Shown here in pieces: positions 26,310 to 33,055 of a DNA stretch of 64,000 nt. A model generated the notes under the pieces. It saw nothing but the letters and a program-made list of their open reading frames with translations, did not search any database and had not been told where the DNA came from. The DNA is from an uncultured Novosphingobium sp. (GTDB taxonomy: Bacteria; Pseudomonadota; Alphaproteobacteria; Sphingomonadales; Sphingomonadaceae). Both the position numbers and the translations under genes were made by a program. Where the stretch lies: the NCBI GenBank assembly GCA_964609325.1, contig CAZSTP010000002.1, positions 4,984 to 68,983 of the forward strand. The letters run 5' to 3'. The stretch's first letter is position 1. Each line of letters opens with the position of its first letter.

Positions 26310-27754
26310 GGTGCCACGCGGCTGACCCGCACCATGATCTGCTGCGCCGGGCGCGTGGTAAGCCGGGCTGCGGGACGTACGGCTTGGGGTTTGATGATCT
26401 CGAAATCGAAGCGTCGGAACAGCCGCGCGATCAGCAATACAGCTTCGGCCTGCGCAAAGGCTGCGCCCGCACATACTCTCGGGCCAAGGCCGAAGGGTAT
26501 GTAGGCGCCCGGGGTGAGTTCAGCTTCGCGTTCGGGCAGGAAGCGGTCTGGATCAAAGCGGTGCGGATCGCGCCAATAGCGCGCGTGGCGGTGCAGCACC
26601 CACGGCGCGACCATGACCAAAGCGCCGCGCCGCACTTTGCGTTCGCCAATCGTGGTTGCTTCGGTGGCAACGCGCGGCAGAAAGGTGATCGGCGGGTAGA
26701 GCCGCAAGGTTTCGCGAAAGACGTTGCGGATCGTCGGCAACTGCTTGGTCATCTCGAACGTTATCGGCTGCGAACTGCCCGCCAAAGCATGGATTTCGGC
26801 GCGGGCACGCGCAACCAGCGCGGGTTGCATGGCCATCAGATAAAAGGCCCATGTCAGCGCACTGGCGCTGGTTTCATGGCCGGCCAAAAACAACACGCCA
26901 AGCTGGTCGATCAGCTCTTCGCGGGTGAAGGCGGTTTGCGTGAAGTCATCGCGCGCGGCGACAACGGCTGCGGCGATATCATCAAACCGTTCGCCGTCGG
27001 GGCCAAGATGGGTGTCGAGCAAATCCCCCAGATGGCGGCGGATCGTGTTGCAGGCAGCCAATACGCTCTCGCTTTGCGGAACCTTGGTCCATGCCGGGTC
27101 CATGATCAGGCGACGGATTTCCACTTGCGCCACGCTGTGCTCGAAGATCGTGAACGCATCGAACACATCATGCGCGGCCTGCGTTTCAAGGCCGGTGCTG
27201 AACACGGTGCGGCAGATGATGTCCGCCGTCAGATGGCTCATCGCCAGATCGAGCGACAGGGCGGTTTGTCCGCTTGCATGCCGATCCAGCATATCCTCGC
27301 AGGCCTGCGCCCCTTCCTCCATCGCCGGAAAGGCGCGGTTGACCCGCATCATGGTGAAGGCCGGATCGATCATCCGGCGCTGGCGACGCCAGGTATCGCC
27401 CGACGACACGAAGATCGAATCCCCGATGAGAGGCGCCAAAGCATCCACCATCAAATCGCTCTTGGGAAAGATGCCTTCAGGATCGGACAGCACGCGGCGC
27501 ACCTGATCGGGCCGGTTAACGATCAGAATCTGGCGGCGCGAATAGCCCAGCGGGCCAACCTCGTTGCGATAGGCATTCGCGGGCAAGAGGCTGAGCAAAT
27601 CGCCATCACCGCGCAGTGCCACACGCAGCAGCGCCAGCACCGCAGCGCTGGCCTTTGGCCGTGGCGGCACAAAGGCGCGCTGCGACGTTCCGGATGGCTC
27701 GCGGCGGTTTGCCGGAAGGGGTGCGTTTCGGGTCAAAAGATCATCCATGAGCAT
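26306..27754 (-). CDS. Cytochrome P450
   Basis: I-helix AGHETS, ETLRLYPP (ExxR), FDPDRF, heme motif PFGLGPRVCAG. ATG 27754 behind GAAGGG. Confidence 0.95.
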   Translation of the reverse strand: MLMDDLLTRNAPLPANRREPSGTSQRAFVPPRPKASAAVLALLRVALRGDGDLLSLLPANAYRNEVGPLGYSRRQILIVNRPDQVRRVLSDPEGIFPKSDLMVDALAPLIGDSIFVSSGDTWRRQRRMIDPAFTMMRVNRAFPAMEEGAQACEDMLDRHASGQTALSLDLAMSHLTADIICRTVFSTGLETQAAHDVFDAFTIFEHSVAQVEIRRLIMDPAWTKVPQSESVLAACNTIRRHLGDLLDTHLGPDGERFDDIAAAVVAARDDFTQTAFTREELIDQLGVLFLAGHETSASALTWAFYLMAMQPALVARARAEIHALAGSSQPITFEMTKQLPTIRNVFRETLRLYPPITFLPRVATEATTIGERKVRRGALVMVAPWVLHRHARYWRDPHRFDPDRFLPEREAELTPGAYIPFGLGPRVCAGAAFAQAEAVLLIARLFRRFDFEIIKPQAVRPAARLTTRPAQQIMVRVSRVAP

Positions 27755-27760
27755 CCCTTC

Positions 27761-27803
27761 AATCAACTAAACTTTACACCGTAATTGTCCAGTGCAATAG
27801 ACA
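27761..27803. promoter_or_regulatory. Paired PpsR/CrtJ-type boxes in the divergent P450 / DUF2306-crtD promoter region
   Basis: Degenerate AATCAACTAAACTTTACA (27761-27778), a 7-bp spacer, then TGTCCAGTGCAATAGACA (27786-27803, TGT-N12-ACA). Confidence 0.75.
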
Positions 27804-27824
27804 CTCGGGAAAGAAGGGGACGCC

Positions 27825-28586
27825 ATGGATCTGTTCTTGTTCCAATGCCTGATTGCCGCACACATCGTGGCCGGAGCGACAGGCGCGGTGGCGTTCTGGA
27901 TCCCGGTGATCGGCCGCAAGGGTAGCGTCAATCATCGCAAATGGGGCCGAGTGTTTACCCGCACGATCCTGTTCACCGGATGCCTTGCCGTGCTGATGAG
28001 CCTGTTTACGCTGGCCAATCCGATGGGCGTCCACCCTCACCTCGTCGGCCGCTTCGATTCCGGATTTGTGCGCGGCATCTTCGGCTGGATGATGCTGCAC
28101 AACGCGATCCTGACGATCAATCTGGCGTGGTACGGCTGGTTGTGCGTGATCAACCGCCGCAATGTTGCTGCCAACCGCACATGGCTCAATATCGGCCTGC
28201 AGTATGCGGTGATGATCGCAGCGGTGGTCTGTGCATGGGAAGGCGCGCAAATCAACCAGCCGCTGATGATGGCGATTGCCGCGGTCGGGATGGCCACCGG
28301 CATTACCAATCTGGTGTTCCTTTATGCGCGCAATCCCTCGCCGGTCGATTGGCTGAAAGAACATGTCAAGGCGTTGGTAGGGGCCGGTATCTCGGTTTAC
28401 ACTGCGTTTCTGGCCTTTGGCGCTGTGCGGCTGGCACCCTCGCTGGCGCTGCAACCGGCGATGTGGGCTGTGCCGCTCAGCGTGGGTCTGGCCATCCTGA
28501 TCTTCCATCGCATGCGCATCGATAAAGAGGCAGGACTGGGCCTGTTCCGGCTGCTGCGCCAACGGCAGACCGTCGATGCAGACTGA
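27825..28586 (+). CDS. Polytopic membrane protein, DUF2306-like
   Basis: RBS AAGGGG; about 6-7 hydrophobic segments; HIVAG...H.KWGRVF pattern. Family name from recall. Confidence 0.7.
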   Translation: MDLFLFQCLIAAHIVAGATGAVAFWIPVIGRKGSVNHRKWGRVFTRTILFTGCLAVLMSLFTLANPMGVHPHLVGRFDSGFVRGIFGWMMLHNAILTINLAWYGWLCVINRRNVAANRTWLNIGLQYAVMIAAVVCAWEGAQINQPLMMAIAAVGMATGITNLVFLYARNPSPVDWLKEHVKALVGAGISVYTAFLAFGAVRLAPSLALQPAMWAVPLSVGLAILIFHRMRIDKEAGLGLFRLLRQRQTVDAD

Positions 28587-28592
28587 CCTGCA

Positions 28593-30110
28593 ATGACACG
28601 CACGACACGCCGCGTTGTCGTGGTCGGGGCCGGTATGGGCGGGCTTGCGGCTGCGGCTGATCTGGCACGCAGCGGCGCCGCGGTCACCGTGATCGAGCGG
28701 GCGCAAACTTGCGGTGGCAAGATGCGCCAGATCATGGCGGGCGGCAGGCCGGTGGATGCCGGACCCACCGTATTCACCATGCGCTGGATATTCGAGGGCC
28801 TGTTTGCCGATGCGGGCGAAAGGCTGGACGACCATCTGGAACTGATCGCGGCGACAACTTTGGCGCGGCATGCTTGGCGCAGCGGCGGTACGCTGGATCT
28901 TTTTGCCGACATTGCGCAATCCGCCGATGCCATCGGCACCTTTGCCGGGGCAGACGAAGCGCGCGGCTATTTGGCCTTTTGCGCGCGCGGCAAAGATATC
29001 TACGCCACGCTGGCCAGGGACTTCATCGCCTCAGAGCGTCCGTCCGTGCCCGGTCTGGTGGCCCGGCTTGGCCTTGCCCGCCTGCCCGATTTGTGGCGAA
29101 CGATGCCGATGCGCACTTTGTGGGGCGCGCTCGGCGATCATTTCAAGGACCCGCGCCTGCGCCAATTGTTTGGCCGATATGCCACTTATGTGGGCGCATC
29201 GCCGTGGTCAGCTCCCGCCACCCTGATGCTGATCGCGCACGTTGAACAGAACGGCGTCTGGCTGGTCAAGGGCGGCACCCATCGTGTGGCACAGGCAATC
29301 CAGAGCCTTGCACAGCGCCAGGGCGCGCAGTTCCGTTTTGGCGTACAGATGGACCGGATCGTGATCGAGAATGGCCGCGTTGCCGGTGTTATGCTAGACA
29401 CGGGCGAGCGGCTGGATGCAGATGCCGTGGTCTATAACGGAGACATCTCCGCCCTGACCGCAGAGGAACGCCCGGTCCCGGCCACATCGCCCGCCGCACG
29501 GTCGCTCTCGGCTGTAACGTGGTGCCTTTCGGCGCGGACGACCGGGTTTGATCTGGCGCATCACAATGTGTTCTTCGCCGAAGACTATGCCGACGAATTC
29601 ACATCCATCTTTCGCCATCGCCGGATAACTTCCGCACCCACTGTCTATCTGTGCGCACAAGACAGGGGCGAAGGCAGTGCCCATCCGGAAGGTACGCCCG
29701 AACGCATGCTGGCGCTGATTAATGCCCCCGCCGACGGCGACCGGGCACCGCTTGATCAAGCTGCGATTGCCAATCTTGGCGCACGGGCCTTTGGCTTGAT
29801 GGAATCGTGCGGGTTGCAAATCGAGCCGGGCGATGATCCGACCGTGACAACGCCAACCGGGTTCGAGGCCCTGTTCCCGGCAAGCGGCGGCGCGCTCTAT
29901 GGCCGTGCCAACCATGGCATGATGGGGAGTTTTGCGCGGGCAGGAGCATCGGGCAAAGTGCCGGGGCTCTATCTGGCAGGCGGAAGCGTCCATCCCGGCC
30001 CCGGCATCCCGATGGCCACAATGTCCGGGCGCATCGCGGCCGCGCGTATGTTGGCGGATTGGGCAGGCAACCGCAGGACTGTCAGCATTCCTGTCGGTGA
30101 AGGCTTCTAA
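28593..30110 (+). CDS. crtD: 1-hydroxycarotenoid 3,4-desaturase (CrtI/CrtD family)
   Basis: VVGAGMGGL, GGKMR, DAGPTVFTM, FGRYATYVG, HHNVFF, GGSVHPGPGIPMATMSG (CrtD-like rather than CrtI-like); crtC is nearby. Confidence 0.82.
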   Translation: MTRTTRRVVVVGAGMGGLAAAADLARSGAAVTVIERAQTCGGKMRQIMAGGRPVDAGPTVFTMRWIFEGLFADAGERLDDHLELIAATTLARHAWRSGGTLDLFADIAQSADAIGTFAGADEARGYLAFCARGKDIYATLARDFIASERPSVPGLVARLGLARLPDLWRTMPMRTLWGALGDHFKDPRLRQLFGRYATYVGASPWSAPATLMLIAHVEQNGVWLVKGGTHRVAQAIQSLAQRQGAQFRFGVQMDRIVIENGRVAGVMLDTGERLDADAVVYNGDISALTAEERPVPATSPAARSLSAVTWCLSARTTGFDLAHHNVFFAEDYADEFTSIFRHRRITSAPTVYLCAQDRGEGSAHPEGTPERMLALINAPADGDRAPLDQAAIANLGARAFGLMESCGLQIEPGDDPTVTTPTGFEALFPASGGALYGRANHGMMGSFARAGASGKVPGLYLAGGSVHPGPGIPMATMSGRIAAARMLADWAGNRRTVSIPVGEGF

Positions 30111-30117
30111 CCCGCGA

Positions 30118-31332
30118 TCAGCGTGGCGCACCGGTTTGCGGCGGACGTTCGGGCAAGGTCAGCGGATTGAGCGCAGGCTCTCCCAATACCGTGGCGATGG
30201 CTTTGAAAAACGGCACGGGGGGTTTGCCGGTCAGCACCCGCAGGCGATCGGCCAAAGTTGATTTTCCGGCATAGAAGCGTTCGATCAGCGCGGCGTTCAG
30301 ACGGTAAAACCGTTGCAGCACGACATAGCGCAAATGGGGTGCAGCCGTTGCGAACAGCATCTTGGTCAACATGCGGTAGAATCCGCCTGCGCGCCAATGC
30401 TGCCCTGCCCAGCCCCGGCTCCACACTGCCAAAGCCCTGCCCGAAACATCCTTCTGCCGCGCCAGATCGAGCGCAAAGGCCAGTGCCAGCGGGAAGGAAT
30501 AGCCGGTCAACGGGTGCAGCAGACCGGCGCGAACGCCTGCCAGTGCAACGTCGGGCCTTTCATGCACTGCACGAAACGCCTCCCAGTCACCACTGCCCAC
30601 CACCGGCAGGCAACCGCTTTCCTCGCCCAGAATCTCGGCCACTTGCCATCCCGCATCGGCACAATAGGCGGCGATCCGTTCGCGCAGCAGTGGCGCGTCT
30701 ACTTCTGGCCCATCGGCATAGTAAGTGTCTTCGACGAAGACTTCGTTGGCAGAAAACGGCAAGCAATAGACAAAGCGATAGCCATCGTGCTGCGCCACCG
30801 TACCATCCATGACGATCGGGCGTTCCAGCCCATGCGGTTCGGCAGTGCGGACCAATTGGCCAAGGAATTTCTGCCATCCGCCCGCCATATGCGGCAAACC
30901 CGCCGAACCACGCGCATCAATCACCGCGCCAGCTTCAATCATGCGCCCATCGCCAAGCGTGATCCGGTTCGCGGTGACATCGGCAATCTCGCAGCCACAC
31001 AAGACCGCGTCTGCCGGCAGGGCACTGCGTACGGCGGCATCGAGCCGCGCGCTCGTGATGCTGTGATAAGGCGTGCGCAATTGACGGCGACCGCGCGGGA
31101 AGCGCACTTCGTAGTCATCCCACCGCGCCGCGATCAGCGGTTCAACCAGCGCGGTCCCGCCTTCGGGCAAATCTGTCGCAAAAAATGACCAGACATGATT
31201 GCCACCAAGCCGATCGTCGCGCTCTAGAACAAGCACGCGCAGTTCAGGCCGCAACCTGGCCAGCGCCAGTGCGATCAATCCTCCGGCGAGCCCCCCGCCG
31301 AGCACTGCAATGTCTGTGCCACGGTCATTCAT
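30118..31332 (-). CDS. crtY: Lycopene beta-cyclase
   Basis: GGGLAGGLIA, GGNHVWSF, QKFLG, RFVY.LP, EDTYY, HPLTGYS, RFYRL, RFYAG. Confidence 0.92.
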   Translation of the reverse strand: MNDRGTDIAVLGGGLAGGLIALALARLRPELRVLVLERDDRLGGNHVWSFFATDLPEGGTALVEPLIAARWDDYEVRFPRGRRQLRTPYHSITSARLDAAVRSALPADAVLCGCEIADVTANRITLGDGRMIEAGAVIDARGSAGLPHMAGGWQKFLGQLVRTAEPHGLERPIVMDGTVAQHDGYRFVYCLPFSANEVFVEDTYYADGPEVDAPLLRERIAAYCADAGWQVAEILGEESGCLPVVGSGDWEAFRAVHERPDVALAGVRAGLLHPLTGYSFPLALAFALDLARQKDVSGRALAVWSRGWAGQHWRAGGFYRMLTKMLFATAAPHLRYVVLQRFYRLNAALIERFYAGKSTLADRLRVLTGKPPVPFFKAIATVLGEPALNPLTLPERPPQTGAPR

Positions 31333-31569
31333 TCGATGTGAGCCTTAACATGGCCTCCGGTTAATGCAACTGCGCCCCATTACTGCGCCTGCTTCGGGGA
31401 TACCGGACAAGAAGAAGCATGATTGGCCTGCATGTGCGGGGTACAGCTTATGGCGTGTCTGTATAACAAGCCCCACCGCCCCAGGTTATCAACTCCACTT
31501 TTCGGTCGCTGGCCAGAGCTGCAGATTGACTCTATGGCACGTAAAACGCCAACATACCCGGATGCTTTC

Positions 31570-32754
31570 ATGACCAATGATCCAGCCACACTCAACCAGC
31601 AAGGCATGTTGGCATTGCGTCAAGGAGACGCAGCAGGAGCGATCAAGGCCTTTGCTGCGGCGGTTGCGGCAGATCCTGCCGAGGCTATTTTGCACTACAA
31701 TCTTGCCAACGCGTACGCCTTGGCCGGTAACGCGGCGGAGCAGCTGGAGGCGCTAAACGCCGCCCTGGATTGCGATCCCTACATGCCGCACGCACTGCTT
31801 TCGCGCGGCAAGTTGGCCGAGGCTCAGGGCTTTGCAACTGCAGCACTCTCAGATTTCAAGCGCCTGCTGGCCGCCGTGCCCGAAGGCGATACCACTGGCG
31901 GCCCCGGTTTTCAGGCAGGTCTGGTTCATGCGCGGGCAGCAGTAGCGCGCGATACGGCCAATCTGGCGAAACGGCTGGATGCGGTGCAGGCAGAAGCAGA
32001 CGCAGCTGCCACACCAGCCGACGCCGAACGTTTTCGCCATGCGGTTGATCTGCAATTGGGCCGTCGTCGTGCCTATGTTCACCAACCCTTGGTTCTCAAC
32101 TATCCTTATCTGCCTGCGATCCAGTTCTTTGATCGCGGTCTATTCCCTTGGCTGTCGCAACTGGAATCAGCCACCCCGATCATCCGCGAAGAGTTGAAGG
32201 CGCTGCTGAGCAAAGGCGGTGGCGGTTTCGCACCCTATGTCCGCTATCCGCGCGGCGCGCCGGTAAACCAGTGGAGCGAGCTCAATCACAGCAATGCCTG
32301 GGCCGCGACCTTCTTCATCGAGCATGGCGTGCCCAACCCTGCTATGCGCGAACATTGTCCGCAGACGGCGGCGCTGCTTGAAACGCTACCGCTGTTCAAT
32401 CTTCCGGGACGCGGACCGGTCGCCTTCTTCTCCCTGCTAAAGCCCGGCACTGTCATTCCACCACACACCGGTGCAACCAACATCCGTTCGATTGTTCACC
32501 TGCCGCTTATCGTGCCGCAGGGCTGCACCTTCCGCGTTGGCAACGAAACGCGGCCATGGATCGAGGGCGAGGCGTTCGTGTTTGATGATACGATCGATCA
32601 TGAGGCGAAAAATCCCACGACCGAACTGCGCGCCCTGCTGATTATTGATACATGGAATCCGTTCATCAGTGAAGCGGAGCGCCAGCTAATTGGCAACTGG
32701 ATGCGCGAACTTGACGCGCATGGACAAGGTCCGGGAAATTTTTCAGCAGCCTGA
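31570..32754 (+). CDS. TPR-fused aspartyl/asparaginyl beta-hydroxylase family protein
   Basis: N-terminal TPR-like helices; FSLLKPG..IPPHTG.TN, HLPLIVP, FDDTIDHEA. Start uncertain (31570 or 31534). Confidence 0.88.
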   Translation: MTNDPATLNQQGMLALRQGDAAGAIKAFAAAVAADPAEAILHYNLANAYALAGNAAEQLEALNAALDCDPYMPHALLSRGKLAEAQGFATAALSDFKRLLAAVPEGDTTGGPGFQAGLVHARAAVARDTANLAKRLDAVQAEADAAATPADAERFRHAVDLQLGRRRAYVHQPLVLNYPYLPAIQFFDRGLFPWLSQLESATPIIREELKALLSKGGGGFAPYVRYPRGAPVNQWSELNHSNAWAATFFIEHGVPNPAMREHCPQTAALLETLPLFNLPGRGPVAFFSLLKPGTVIPPHTGATNIRSIVHLPLIVPQGCTFRVGNETRPWIEGEAFVFDDTIDHEAKNPTTELRALLIIDTWNPFISEAERQLIGNWMRELDAHGQGPGNFSAA

Positions 32755-33055
32755 GGATCAAATCGCGTCGCGAGGACAAACCCAGCGAAGACCACTATTT
32801 TGATCACTGGTGGCAAACTGGTTACAAGTTTGTTGCAACATTGCCACACCTTTACGAGGATGTATGCGAGTGCCCTTAAGCACGTTTGACTTGGCGCGAT
32901 AGTTACAACAGTAACAGCACCAGCTTTAACCGAAAGCTTAACTTGCGCTGTACAGCCTCGGCTGAACCGGCGGCAACGAGGGAACAATGGATAGCGATGT
33001 TGCACCGCCACCGGTCATCGTCGCACATCTATTTTTTAAAAAGAAGGATAAACAC

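Noticed and set aside
25344-28919. Long opposite-strand ORFs (25344-26504 +, 26384-27784 +, 27774-28919 -)
   Set aside because: They are shadows of the ATP-grasp, P450 and DUF2306/crtD genes, have no recognisable motifs, and are expected from GC-rich codon bias.
28593-30110. Phytoene desaturase crtI
   Set aside because: The C-terminal motif (GGSVHPGPGIPMA) and linkage to crtC fit CrtD better, and there is no adjacent crtB. A phylogeny would settle it.
31333-31570. PpsR box upstream of crtY
   Set aside because: The TGT...ACA pairs I found here have 7-8 nt spacers, not 12.
32926-32941. CtrA site TTAA-N-TTAA upstream of the TonB receptor
   Set aside because: The spacer is 8 nt rather than the canonical 7.
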